From Octopus sinensis (taxonomy: Eukaryota): a stretch of 64,000 bases of DNA. The notes under the pieces were generated by a model that made no database searches, was not told the origin of the DNA, and saw nothing but the letters and a program-made list of their open reading frames with translations. Every line of letters begins with the position of its first letter. The first letter of the stretch is position 1. The stretch is from NCBI RefSeq assembly GCF_006345805.1, contig NC_042998.1, forward strand, positions 191,022,001-191,086,000, given 5' to 3'. Made by a program: the position numbers and the translations under genes. Of the stretch, positions 25,331-39,512 are shown in pieces.

Positions 25331-25734
25331 ATATTCACAGAAAGATGCAAAAATAACTTGGATTCAATTTGGTAATGTTTTCTGATTCAAGAGGTAGCAG
25401 CGAAATCCTTTATTTTCCACTGTTTTTTTGGACTGAGTGATATGTTATATCCGTTGAAACAGAAATAACCTCTTCACGAATTCATACGCACAGATTATAG
25501 CAATTACGATTTTAGTTTACAAAACTATACAGGCAATTTACAATGCTGTTAATAAAATTTTAATGCGACATGAATGAGTATAATTATCTTAATATTTTTA
25601 CAATCTGCAGAATCGTATGTAGAATGTGTCAGTGTAGGAATTATTCTGTAATGGGTCTCTTTGCATTGATTAGATACCTCATATACAGTGCAAACATAAC
25701 AAATATATAAAAAATCTATGATAATAATATAACA

Positions 25735-25920
25735 ATATGTAAACACAAAGAGAAAACACAACAACGCAAGGACGTGGAACAAGTATAGTGTTATTGGACG
25801 CTCAGGAAAGAAGGCAAGAAGGAGGATTTAAAGTTTTGAGCGGAGCTCTTCGTCAGAAACATAGGAAAAGGAAAGATGGAGGAAAAAGAATTGCCAACGG
25901 TACGCACGCGGTCACACACA
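25735..25920 (-). mobile_element. Penelope-like terminal-repeat remnant with a mutated hammerhead motif
   Basis: Minus strand CTGACGA-A-GAGC-TCC-GCTC-AAAACTTT (GAAA mutated); similar to 38925-39110. Confidence 0.55.
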
Positions 25921-25946
25921 TACACACACACACACATACACACACA

Positions 25947-26000
<54 letters not shown>

Positions 26001-26962
26001 GTATATATGTAACTCTCCCACAGTTTATGTTTCAGTTTTGATATAAGGATTTTGTGTAGTACACACACTCAAGTACATACCACACACACACACAGACGCT
26101 TGCGTGCCCACGCGCGCGCACACGCACATTAACACACACACACACAAAGTAAGTATTTGACAGGTGGAATAGATAGTTGGTTGAAACTCTTCAAAATCGT
26201 TGTTGCTTGAAATAAAATGGAAGCATTATTGAGCAAACACCATTACAAAACATGAAGACACTTCTGTTTCGTCTTGGAACTGAACACATTTATTTGTACT
26301 TAGTCACCTCATAAATCTCTACCGACCATTCCTTAAAACAAAAGATCGATAATGCTCCTGTCTCGAATAATTGATTTACCCCTGGTAAAATACCACAATT
26401 CTTTACAAATCTTCAATACAATGCTCATTACATGTCGTCTGCTTTCAACCATTTCTCTTTTCACCCCCACTCCGCAATAGATTTGTTTAAACTAGCAACA
26501 GTGAACGTTTTCTTATTTCCGTCAGTGTTTTATAAAGTATAGTATTAGGGCAGCGATTGGTTGAAGAGTTCAATTCAAACAAATTTTAACGGTCGATAAG
26601 GTCGATATTATATCACTGCATTGTTTTGCTTTTGTTGCTGTTGAAATTATTTTTATGAGGAGCGAATTGTGGCGTGCTTACGTTGAAACATCAGTACTAT
26701 TGGTGACATTACTTTTTGAATTATATCATTTTACTTCTCAGACCTCTCGGCCTTATTTGCTTTGGTTGATTCTCTGAAAGTGGACAGCAACCTGTTGTCA
26801 GAGGTCTCACAGAGTCTCTTTCCGCAAATTATAAGATTTGGTCCTCCTCCTCCTCCTCCTCCTCCTCCTCCTCCTTCTTCTTCTTCTTCTTCTTCTTCTT
26901 CTTCTTCTTCTTCTTCTTCTTCTTCTTCTTCTTCTTCTTCTATTATTATTATTCTTGTTGTA

Positions 26963-27346
26963 AGGCGGCGAGCTTACGCCGGGCGAAATGCGTAGCCGTA
27001 TTTCGAACGCCGTTACGTTCTGAGTTCAAATTCCGCCGAGGTCGACTTTGCCTTTCATCCTTTCGAGGTCGATAAATGAAGTACCAGTTAAGCACTGGGT
27101 CTATATAATCGACTTAATCCATTTGTCTGTCCTTGTTTGTCCTTTCTGTGTTTAGCCCCTTGTGGGTAGTAAAGAAATAGGTATTTCGTCTGTCTTTACC
27201 TTCTGAGTTCAAATTCAGTCGAGGTTGACTTTGCCTTTCATCTTTTCGGGGTCGATAAATTAAGAACCAGTTGCGTACTGGGATAGATCTAATCGACTGG
27301 CCTCCTCCCCACAAAATTTCGGCCCTTGTGCTAAGAGTAGAAAAGA
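26963..27346 (+). mobile_element. SINE B dimer: headed unit plus headless unit with the older tail
   Basis: Junction AAAGAAATAG|GTATTTCGTC at 27180/27181. Confidence 0.85.
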
Positions 27347-27459
27347 TTATTATTATTATTGCTGTTTTGTTGTTGTTGTTATTCGTGTTACTATTAACAG
27401 TAGTAATGCTTCTAAATGTAGTAGCACTTGTAGTAGTAGTATTAGTAGTAGTAATAGTT

Positions 27460-27490
<31 letters not shown>

Positions 27491-28070
27491 TAGTAATTGA
27501 AGTAGTAGATGCAGTTGAGTTCTATGAAGGAGGTAGGGGAATAGAAAATGAAAAATAAGAAAAAAAAAAAGAAGAAAAGAGTGAATTGGTGTTGGTGGCG
27601 GTGGTATTGGTTGTGACTATAATAAAAAAAAATATACACAAGCAAAAGACTAAAATACAAATAAATTAATAAAAAAAAAAGAAATATGTTTTTTTTCTTT
27701 AATTAAGGGAAACTAAATATTTTGCTCAAGGATTGAGAAAAAAAGAGGATATTGTGAAACCGAAACCAGAAAACAGGAAAATTATCCTCTTCATTATTCT
27801 GCTTTGTAACAACAACAACAACAACAATAACAACGACGACGACAACAACAACAACAACAGCATCAGCAGCATCAGCAGCATCAGCATCAAAAGCAGAAAC
27901 AGCAAACCGCCCTGATGCAGTACTAGGCATAGACTCTCATGGCTTTTGATTTTAAGTGATCGGAAGTGCTATTATGTACACTTTTTTTTCGTCTTGGTAT
28001 AAGAGATGGGCTACAGCAAATATTCCGCTCAATACACAGATTGCTTCACCTCCTTAAACAAATCTTAACC

Positions 28071-28303
28071 AGGGACCTTTTGAGCGGGATGGGCTATTAA
28101 ACATGAAGAAATTTCTGACTGGGTCCCACCTAGAAGGTCACGCGCTGATCATCTTGATATGAGATCAACATGTCGTGCACATATAGTTGTGGTTTATGTG
28201 CCTGGTGCACTCTTATCAGACGGGTAGTCATGATGGGTATACTGGGCTTCGTATATTTTTTACCCCAGTGACACTTTGATAGCATGCACTGCTCCCTCAC
28301 TCA
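28071..28303 (+). mobile_element. Family C second copy with (AAT)n tail
   Basis: Homologous to 12708-12946. Confidence 0.7.
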
Positions 28304-28338
28304 GTAATAATAATAATGATAATAATAATAATAATAAT

Positions 28339-28375
<37 letters not shown>

Positions 28376-28399
28376 TTTTTTCTTTTTTTATGTATTAGA

Positions 28400-28545
28400 C
28401 ATTCACTAGTACAACACAAAAAACCCAAATATATGGCACACTAGGCATAACAACAACGTGAACTTCCAACCTGTTGTCTCTTGAGGTCTCTGGGTGAGAC
28501 TTGGAGCCAACTTGTACAGACATAAAGCAAAAGTCAAACATAGAA
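28400..28545 (+). mobile_element. Probable non-LTR retrotransposon 3' end followed by (AAT)n
   Basis: Unique block GAGGTCTCTGGGTGAGACTTGGAGCC running into a long AAT tail; clade not verifiable. Confidence 0.4.
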
Positions 28546-28562
28546 TAATAATAATAATAATA

Positions 28563-28619
<57 letters not shown>

Positions 28620-29151
28620 TGATGATGATGATGATGATGATGATATGTCACTTTAGGGTTATTTTGGGGAGATAATGTGCTACCATATACACTAAACATA
28701 TCGTCAAATAAAAATGTTCTCTGACCGGTAAATTAGCTGCTGAAATTTATTAACTGCACAGTTATTTCCGGCCTCAGCGCGTCATAGATGTTTGAAAAGC
28801 ACACCCAAATATAATTTGTAGAACTTTATATATGATATATTTCGGTTGAGCCTTTCTGTATCTAGTTCTGGAAATTGTGTTTTGTAAGCGACAGACTATG
28901 CTGACGATCTTGCAGATATTTGCGTGTTTACACACGTAAATATTAACAAGTGAAACCATAGTACGTAGCTAATCGTTTTTTTTATTTAGTATATTTTCAT
29001 TTGTCATGCTCATTTTTGCATTTTGGCGTTTTGCTGAGATTTCTCTTGAGAAAACACTCTTCGTGGTAATGGCGATTTGACGTATATGTTTAGCATATTA
29101 GGTGTCCGCTTTGGTGCTAATTTCTCTAAATTTTGTTGTGTATATATATAT

Positions 29152-29217
<66 letters not shown>

Positions 29218-31127
29218 TGTGTGTGTGTGCGTGTGTATGTGTGTGTGTGAGTGTATGTATACACATTTATTTATTTACTATTTATTTGTATAGGCAAGCA
29301 CACAACACACACCATATATATATACACACATACATATCATACATAAACATCCATATATATGTATATATGTATATATATATATATATATATAGATATATAG
29401 AGAGAGAGAGAGGGAGGGAGAGAGAGTGTGTGTGTATTATTTATCTATCGATCTATCTCTCAGTACACATGTACACACATATACGCACAATCAGACACAC
29501 AAACATACACGTGCGCGCGCGAGCGCTCTCTCCTTCTCTCTTTCTTTCTCTTACACACACGCTTGTTATAGGAGCAGGATAATGCCTGTTGTAACATAAC
29601 AGAGCAGTAGTAATGCAATAACATGATATACATGTGAGAATATATTTTCATTTATACACCACGAGATACAAATGCTAGTATTACAAGACATTGAATATAG
29701 CGCATACCGAGTATGTTTACGATGCAGCGTGTCTTTGACTTGACGGACTCCAACTTCTATTCGTATTGTATTTCCATTTCCTCATAATCATGCATACATA
29801 TTATGAAGGTCAGGAAACCTTAAGAGAACAATTCCAAAATTCCACTGTCAACAACATGGAACGACACAAGAATTAATATACGATTAGAATTTCTCCCTGA
29901 TGAAGACAGAAACAAATATTCCCTTTGTACTTGTAACTTCCAGTGTATTTAGGAAGTATATTCTTACATATATATTAAATGCTATTGTGTGTATTGGGAA
30001 GGCTGCAGGAGAATAATGGAATATAGAGGTACATTCTATTATTTAGCAAGCATATTAAATTCTCATGAAACACTCGTATTCATTTATATTAATTTATATT
30101 CTTATATACACACATGTATATACATTCTCAAAGACATTTAAGAAACCTAGATTATATGTCTGTGTATATATAAGTTAGAGGTTCCTGAATCGTAAGCCTG
30201 AATTTCATGAATTCGATTGTTTGAATGAATCACACACAAACACAGTATTATATTTGTGTGTGTGTTTTCTTCACAAGCAGCGCACAGAAGGCCACGAGCA
30301 ATAATTAGGAGCATATGCAATAAGATATTCTACACTGGTGTATATAATTGTTTGCCAAATAATCCATACAAACATAAACAAACATAATATCAGCTTGAAA
30401 TCGCTTTCAGAAAGGTTGAAAGAGCGAAACAGAGAGATAGAGAGAGAGGGGGGGGGGAGAAGCAGAGGGAAAATGAATGGGAGGGAGTGGGAGAGAAAGG
30501 ATGAAGCAAAGGAAGAGGGGAAAAGAAGGGGATGGATCGAGAGAGAGAGAGAGAGGGAGATTATGTTATATGTTATTTTATTTCGAGTTTACTTTATTTA
30601 TGGATGTTTTCTAACGTGAAGAAATTTATTTGTCGAACAATTCTGCAAGAGAATTTTAAGTGAATCCTTGATTGCTTCATGCTGGAGATTTGTCTCTTTG
30701 TATACAGTATGTTGTTATTTGCTTGAATTTCCTCTTTTTACAGTTTCTTTTTTAAGCAATTAAAGCGCGTCTTCAATGTTTTATCAACTAATGCAATTGT
30801 TTAACTTTTATTTATTTCGTTTTGTCTAATTAGGCACGGAATGTATAATGTTTTATACGAATTTTTTTTTTTATACAACTGCATCTGTTTACGAATACAC
30901 ACGCAGCACACGTTGAATACATGCACACGTATCAACATGTATCTATATACATAGATTTATCTACATGCCCATTCAGATACACACATTCATATAATTATAT
31001 GTATACATCCATCCATCCATCCATCCATCCACACATACATCCTCCCATATATATATATATATGAAGGCGTAAGCATGTGCATAGCTACGGTGTCTTCGTA
31101 TGTATATACGTAATGCAAAAATACATC

Positions 31128-31201
<74 letters not shown>

Positions 31202-31233
31202 CAAATATATACATGTAGGTATGTATATATATA

Positions 31234-31267
<34 letters not shown>

Positions 31268-32436
31268 TCCATGCACACACACACAGACACATGCACACGC
31301 ACGCACACTCGGCATACACACACTCACGGTCATATACGTCATACTTTGCTTATATAAATTCGCCATGCGTAGAAGCAAACACACAAATGTAAACACAAGA
31401 CGCACGCAGATACTAACATATTTCGGTAGGATTTGATAAACGTGCAGCTGCAATAAACTGTAGATTATGCATCCTGATGCATTGTATGTATGGTTAAATA
31501 CTCGAGCGCATGCGTCGCCTTGTTGTTCATATTGAAGACACTTATCTTTTCTTGCTTCAGTTGGCCTCGCTTGAAAATATCAATCGTGTTATTCATTCAA
31601 ATTAACTTACAATAGAATATTGTTGGAGATAGATTCACGTTTCGTACATTTGTTGTTTTGTATAACTATACAAACAGAAATCTCCATTTAGTGCCTTTGC
31701 GACTATGGGCTGTTCAAGTTTTACCTTGTTTCCTTATCTTACATTGCTGCTATATCACAAAAACGTTGTTATTCAACTCAATGTTATTCAGATTGTGGAA
31801 ACTTATAATGTTTTTAAAGCTAATTATGGTTACATCTTAGTGTTATTTCTATTTTCACAACTATAAGACATGACAGAGATTTTGCTAATACTTTTAATAA
31901 GTTGATCTTCCACAAAAGCTCTGTTCCGCAAAAGTTTAAAGTGGGGGACAATCAATGAAATCCGAATTCCATAGCACGAAGAGGATGTGAGAAGGGTTTC
32001 CACATGACAAGGAGATTGTATTTTCTGGAATATTGTTTGAAATCAGCCCCGCAGAGCAACGATCTATAGCATTGCGTTGTCTTTTTCACAAACCATTGCA
32101 CGGTTGATGTTTATATTCATTGAATATTAAACCTTTTGACTAAAAACACTGCCGCATTGACCGTCGTCATTTGAGCCTCATCTTGTTTTTAAAACTTGAA
32201 TTGCTAATGAATTATTACCAGTATTTTGGAAGTTCATTCGATCTCATATAGAATATCGTGGCTCTTTAACTCCACAACTGTCTTAATTGAATAAACTTAT
32301 GATAAAGGCATTCTAAGCTGCGACAGCATTGTCTTTCGGTACACCTTGGGTAGTATTGTATACAAACGCATTGTATGTGGTAAACACATACTTATCGATT
32401 ATTATATAAATCTAAATTGCTTCAGAAATTTCACAT

Positions 32437-32639
32437 TCTCTTTACTCTTTTAATCTTTTACTTGTTTCAGTCATTTGACTGCGGCCATGCTGGAGCACCA
32501 CCTTTAGTCGAGCAAATCGACCCCGGGACTCATTCTTTGTAAGCCCAGTACTTATTCTATCGGTCTCTTTTGCCGAACCGCTAAGTGACGGGGACGTAAA
32601 CACACCAGCATCGGTTGTCAAGCAATGCTAGGGGGACAA

Positions 32640-32693
<54 letters not shown>

Positions 32694-32870
32694 TATATAC
32701 ATATATACGACAGCTTCTTTCAGTTTCCGTCTACCAAATCCACTCACAAGACATTGGTCGGCCCGGGGCTATAGCAGAAGACACTTGCCCAAGATGCCAC
32801 GCAGTGGGACTGAACCCGCAACCATGTGGTTGGTAAGCAAGCTACTTACCACACAGCCACTCCTGCGCCT
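32437..32870 (-). mobile_element. SINE family A, full length
   Basis: High identity to 20167-20566. Confidence 0.92.
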
Positions 32871-33699
32871 GTTCGTTATTTTTTTTACAAATGAAACATA
32901 CGAAAGTGTTTAGATTACTGTTTGAAGCTGATAGCTGACAGAGAAGGATCGATGTATTTATTACAAATATATCAATACATAAATATATATGAAAATTGTA
33001 CCTAACCGCTTATCGTTTACTGAATTCCATTTGCTTTTTTGTAGTTTTCAAATGATACAAATAGGTAATCTCTAAAAAGGTTGTATGGGCAAGCTAATGC
33101 AACCACATCCGACCATCTTAAAAATAATAAGGAAAGACCCGTTGAAAAATTTAGTTCGAGAAAACCTAAAAAAGATGGAACGGTCGCGGATGGAACACCA
33201 TTGGTCGGCTGTTTGCTGAATTAAGCTTGATTTGGGACTAATCAATAACGGCAAATACTTGAAACATTGAAACTAAATTGTTTGTTAGTGGAAAACACCA
33301 CCAGAAAAGGAAAGCAATGCCAGATAATGTCAAATATATGAAGCACCGCGTGCAAAGAAAGATAGTAAATCAAAGAAGTTGAAGCGTTCATAATTGTTCC
33401 AATTTGTAAGCTGCTGTTCAATTGTCTTCATAATAAGTTTACCAAGCCTCCATTTATCATTAAAACACCCGAATAGGAAATATCATTTATGGAAGAATAG
33501 GGAAAGTAATATTTCTTTTTTATCAGAATTTCTTTTCTGCAAGGATATTTTCTCATAATTTTCATGCCGATTATTCTTCAAAGTGAAATCAATGTCGCGT
33601 CTTCTCATTGATGTATTTAGTGGTAAACAGAAAAATATACACTGTTTCTTTCTCGTGTAGAAAAAAATACGTCCAACCAAATCTATCGATTCTTTTATT

Positions 33700-33763
33700 T
33701 GACGTCTGTAAACAACAGGCGATAGTTTGACGTCAGTGAATGGCAAATGATATTTTGACGTCA
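33700..33763. promoter_or_regulatory. Three CRE/ATF-type sites phased at 28 bp
   Basis: TGACGTCT at 33700, TGACGTCA at 33728 and 33756. Confidence 0.5.
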
Positions 33764-34083
33764 GCGAATTACACTTTCCTTCATTGTCAGACACTTGGAG
33801 TCGAAAAGACTAAATTATGAAGCTCTTTTTAAAAGACTTGGAAGTGTTCTCGCTGTAGCGCTGGTGCGTAGGAAATATTTTATGGAGACGGATATTTTTC
33901 TTATAAAGAAACAATCAAATGTATATTAATTTGTGACAGTATTGCATTATGGAAATAACGAGACCGAAGAAAAGAGAAGACAATTTTGATATGAGGGTAG
34001 ATACAAATTGTGAAACTAACTATACGTACATGAGTGCATTACATATATATATACATGTATGTATATGTACATGAGTTCATTAC

Positions 34084-34118
<35 letters not shown>

Positions 34119-34662
34119 TGTATGTATGTATGTATGTATGTATGTATGTGTGTATGTATGTATGTATGTGTTTTGTATGTGTGTATGTATGCATGTATGT
34201 ATGTATGCATGCATCTATGTAAGTATTTGTATGTATGAGTGTGTATGTCTCTCAGTCCTACCGCCCGTCCGTCCGTCCGCCTGTTTGACTGTCGGTCTGT
34301 CTGTGTGTCGTCTGACTTCTACATATATATGTATGTACGTATGTACATGTGTATCTATTTGTACTAACAATACACGTTGAGGAACCGTGAAATATATAAT
34401 TTCGTTTGAGAGTCTGTTTCGTTTGAAACAATCTCCCCTTAGATGGTGTAAAAGCCTACAGAAGTAGAACTGATGTGTGAAGCGATAAAGTTTCAGAGTG
34501 TTACAGTCCTTGTAATAAACTTAACGTAAGCAAAAAGACTTAAGTAAAAATAAAATCAAAGATATAATCTACGTATATTATTGAACCATCATATTATTTT
34601 TTTCCGAAAGCGTATGCTGTCGTTTCTCTCTGTTTGGTTTTCTTACTGTTGAAAATATACCC

Positions 34663-35068
34663 ATTTCTTTATTACCCACAAGGGGCTAAACATAGTGGGG
34701 ACAAACAAGGACAGACATAGGTATTAAGTCAATTACATCGACCTCAGTGCGTAACTGGTACTTAATTTATCGACCCCGAAAGGATGAGAGGCAAAGTCTA
34801 CCTTGGCGGAATTTGAACTCACAACGTTGCGGCAGACGAAATACCTATTTCTTTACTACCCACAAGGGGCTAAACATAGAGAGGACAAACAAGGAAAGAC
34901 AAGCGGATTAAGTCGATTATATCGACCCCAGTGTGTAACTGGTACTTATTTAATCGAGCCCGAAAGGATGAAAGGCAAAGTCTACCTTGGCGGAATTTGA
35001 ACTCACAACGTTGCGGCAGACGAAATACCGCAAAGCATTTCGCCCGGCGCGCTAACGTTTCTGCCACC
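34663..35068 (-). mobile_element. SINE B tandem dimer (headed plus headless young unit)
   Basis: Minus-strand junction AAAGAAATAG|GTATTTCGTC at 34845/34844. Confidence 0.9.
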
Positions 35069-35077
35069 TCAACATAC

Positions 35078-35135
35078 CGTCTGAGAGTGATCCATAAACA
35101 AATTCCCTTCACTCTATCAATGATAGGCAGAATAA
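35078..35135 (-). CDS. Weak candidate exon, 58 nt, phase 1 to 2, ILPIIDRVKGICLWITLR
   Basis: Long pyrimidine tract upstream, ACCAG acceptor, ACG|GTATGT donor. Confidence 0.2.
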
Positions 35136-36011
35136 CTGGTGTGTATTCAGAGCTCGACAGGCAGGAAATGGTGGATAAAAAAATACAAAATAGAATGCAA
35201 AGAATAAAGAAGTAGGTTTTAATAGCATTGGAATGAAAGTCACTGTAAAGTGTGCGAAGTCTTTTGATAGTTGGTCATGCCTGTGAAGCGTGACGATGTA
35301 GTCAAGAATTTGCTGGAGGAGTGGTCCATGTCTTTAGATCCGATGACACGTAACAATATCCCAACGTACAGCGATTCGCACTTATTCCTCTATACACACA
35401 TATATGCGCACTCATTCATATTCACTCGTGCCTGTCGGCATAATTACACAGACTGTAGCAAACGGTAACTTTTGAACAAAGTAACAAGCAGGCCTACGCC
35501 CATATGTTTTAATATTCATGGACAAAACGAGTGTTAACTGTAATTAATTGTCAGGTTATCACATTTCCATAGAAGGACATATTAAAAGAAAACATTAGCA
35601 TTACTTTGCGATGCACGGGTCAGCTAATCTCATTCACTAATCACTGTGCTGAAAGTGAACCCAGAACATAAATACTGACATATACAAATATCTAAATAAC
35701 TAGCAATCCATTCTTTACTAATTCATATTTCAATAAATGGACATTACATATTTCTGTAGACATTTCTCGGGAAACATATGTCTCTTTAAGTCTCTTTAAC
35801 TATATAAGAAATGTCATTATAAAGGAATAATCGTGACTCCAACTCTAGACAACAACGTCCCACTCCTTGTATATCTATGTTTATACACGCACCCACTTAT
35901 ACACACATATATGTATACATATATGCTTATGTATGTGTGTATATACATACATAGGTACATATATATATATGTATATATACATATATATATTATGTATGTA
36001 TATATAATATA

Positions 36012-36047
<36 letters not shown>

Positions 36048-36068
36048 TGTATGTATGTATATATATAT

Positions 36069-36108
<40 letters not shown>

Positions 36109-36199
36109 CACAAGAATTAATTTTCGTTTCTTTCTATGGAAACAAAAAAGGTATATAGGGCTGCAAAAAAAGAAGTGCTCAAGTGAAATTGAGACAGAG

Positions 36200-36278
<79 letters not shown>

Positions 36279-36308
36279 CATACATACATACATACATACA
36301 TACATACA

Positions 36309-36339
<31 letters not shown>

Positions 36340-36630
36340 CCATACACACAAGTAACAAGGAATGAATAATTAAATCAATTGAATTCCCTTTAAAAGAAAC
36401 AGACTTTTTGAAAATAAAACTAATTTGAAAACAGAAGTAAGTGGAAAACAAAATGGTTCTTAAAGTCCAGAGCTGCATTAAAAGATTAGTTGAATTTCTT
36501 TTTAATTGAATATTTTATGTTGGAATTCTAAAAACGGTATTGAGCGAAAAAATATTCATTGTTAGAGAGCTATTTATAATGTACATATAGACATATGTAC
36601 ATATGTGTGTCTATTTGTATTATATGTATA

Positions 36631-36682
<52 letters not shown>

Positions 36683-37728
36683 AACAGACATACACAGTAT
36701 ACACACACACACACACACACACACACGCATATATATGTATGTATATTACATATGCGTAATATATATATATATATACACATACGTAAGACAACTTTTGTAT
36801 TTAAAAAATTCGAAAACGGCAATGTCTGAGAGTTAAAGAAAATTATATGAGCAAGTCAATCAAATTAGTTTGAAATAATTTTTTATAGAAATATTTCCCA
36901 GCATAATTTACTGTTCGAATTTCAGTATAATAATATTCGGTACTCAGACGTAGGATCATGTGGATAAATGTCCCCCTCTGCACATATATATACATACACA
37001 TACGTCACTTTACCACACAAATTCTTCCTAAATCCTCATTTTAATCATAGATGTATAAATTTCAAAGTATATATTACTAACAAGCGAATATAATCATTGC
37101 AACAAAATGAGTATGATAGATCTGAGTACGGTGCTGTGAATTATACTATAAAGGAAAAAACATATTACGATCTTCTCTATTATAATGTAGTAATAATTAT
37201 CCACGAAAGACTTAAAAGACATTAACGAAATAAACTTTGCAGTTTTACACATAGAGTTGTTGCTGATTAGCTCACACGACAACATCGGGAGAAAAAATCT
37301 TTGATCAAGCAGTATCGACTACTATATTAAGTAGTAAGCTTTCTTTGAGGGAGATTTCTCTGTCATTTCTAGTCAGTCGAAGCACATTTAGGCCTCTTTC
37401 CATTGCACACTCAGCCTGCTGTTTGTAGATTACATACACTAGTGACTTACATTTTCATCATAATTTCGTAGCACTCTATGCGCATATATTTACTATAAAT
37501 ACAATTTAATATTCAGTTTCACGAAATTTATTCCAATTCTTGTGCACTGTTAATATTTCTGGCGCAGATAATACAACACCAGACTGAATATGTTATTATT
37601 TCCAGTTAACACTTTGTACGTACAAATAAGAGTATAGAAATCCTCTAGGACGATCAAGTATCATTTATCATAAAAGTATCGAATGAAGGACGGATCTTCT
37701 ATCTAGCTACTAAGGAATTATTATATTA

Positions 37729-38126
37729 CTAGCAGTATCGCCCGGCGTTGCTCGGGTTTGTAAGGGAAATAGCTATAGAAGCATTTTTAGAGATGTAAAG
37801 TATAATAGCCATCTCAATATGGCAAACCACAAAGGGGGGTGTGTGTTACTGTAGCTTTTTACGTTCTGAGATTTAATAATACATTTTTAGAGAGTTTCTT
37901 CCCTTATATAATAGCAAAAAATGCATTAAAAATGGGAAAAAATGATGGTAAATTATTTTTTAAATCGTAGACTCATCGTAGAAGCGCGCTAATACCCAGA
38001 AGGGCTCGATATGAATCACGACTATAAGATACCCGGTTTTGGTTATACTGCACCGCAAAATGTGGGAGTAGTTAGGAATCTAAATCGTAGGAGACAGACA
38101 CACAACTTCACTTTTATATATAAGGA
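37729..38126 (-). mobile_element. Non-autonomous Helitron, second copy
   Basis: TC...CTAG termini, same 3' hairpin, A|T insertion site; shares its ends with 6881-7397. Confidence 0.85.
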
Positions 38127-38434
38127 TAGTGACATTGTCCATAATATTATCCAAGCTACTCTCTAACGCGTTAAACTACCTGTTTACTATTTTCAATTCC
38201 TGTCTTTATTATTGATATTATGACTACTACTATTAATATTGTTTTCTATGGTCTGTACAGCGATTTAGTTCTTGGTCATTAACAAGCAAGACTGAACAAA
38301 TGTAGAACTGTTTCATTTAATGACTCTCTACTTCATCGGTCAACATACAATACTTTTGTTTTGTACTTTTACCGTAAGTGAAGTCATTGAGTATGTGTTG
38401 CACTTATCTGGTCTTTGTTGTAAGCTTATCAAAA

Positions 38435-38640
<206 letters not shown>

Positions 38641-38689
38641 AATGTGGGCGTGTATGTGTAAAATAGTATTAAGATATATACAAAACAGT

Positions 38690-38720
<31 letters not shown>

Positions 38721-38722
38721 TA

Positions 38723-38773
<51 letters not shown>

Positions 38774-38924
38774 TAATAATGATAAAAATAACAACAACAA
38801 CAACAATAATTCTTTCCACTACTACTCGTGTGATTGTCAAGTAGTTGTGCAGGACACAGTTACAGAAGCACAAACACTCCCACACCCTGCATATATATAT
38901 ATATATATATATAATAGTAAATCC

Positions 38925-39110
38925 AAAATTTGAACAACAAGCTCAAAAAAACAACAACGCGAGGATGTGGTACATGTAAAGAATTAGCAGACGCTGAGGG
39001 AAGAAAAGAAAGGTGGTTTTACGTTTCGAGTAAAGCTTTTCTTCAGAAACAGAAGAAAGTCCAACAGAAAAGACGGAGGGAAAAACATCGCCAACGATTT
39101 AGGTTACATT
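38925..39110 (-). mobile_element. Penelope-like terminal-repeat remnant with hammerhead motif
   Basis: Minus strand GTTT-CTGAAGA-AAAGCTTTACTC-GAAA-CGTA-AAAC; stem II eroded. Confidence 0.55.
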
Positions 39111-39330
39111 TTGAAATATATATATATATATTATATATATATATGTGTATATAATCAAATTAAGCAACATGAATAACTTCGGCAATTTGGTACGATCGTT
39201 TCACGCTACATCATTTTATTAAATGTTGTAAGTATTATAACAGTTTTAGAATGTATAGCAATCATCAGCCATTAAGTACCATATTCATTTGAATCTAAAT
39301 TTTGCTGAACTTATATATATATATATATTT

Positions 39331-39512
39331 CCGATGAGTTTCTTTTAGTTCCCATCTACCAAATCCACTCACAATGTTTTGGTCAGTCCCAGGCTATAAT
39401 AGGAGACACGTATCTAAGGGATTCTTGCTCAGAGTGCCAGGCAGTGGGACTGAATTTGTAACCATGTGTTTGGGAAGCAAATTTTTTTATCATACAGCCA
39501 CATCCTCACGCG
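39331..39512 (-). mobile_element. SINE family A, diverged 5' half
   Basis: CCAAATCCACTCACAA...GCAGTGGGACTGAA homology. Confidence 0.75.

Noticed and set aside
26742-26845. Plus-strand exon-like frame DLSALFALVDSLKVDSNLLSEVSQ
   Set aside because: Good acceptor but no convincing donor before the microsatellite
31850-33480. Interrupted frames as a decayed gene or transposase
   Set aside because: Multiple stops in all frames and no diagnostic motif
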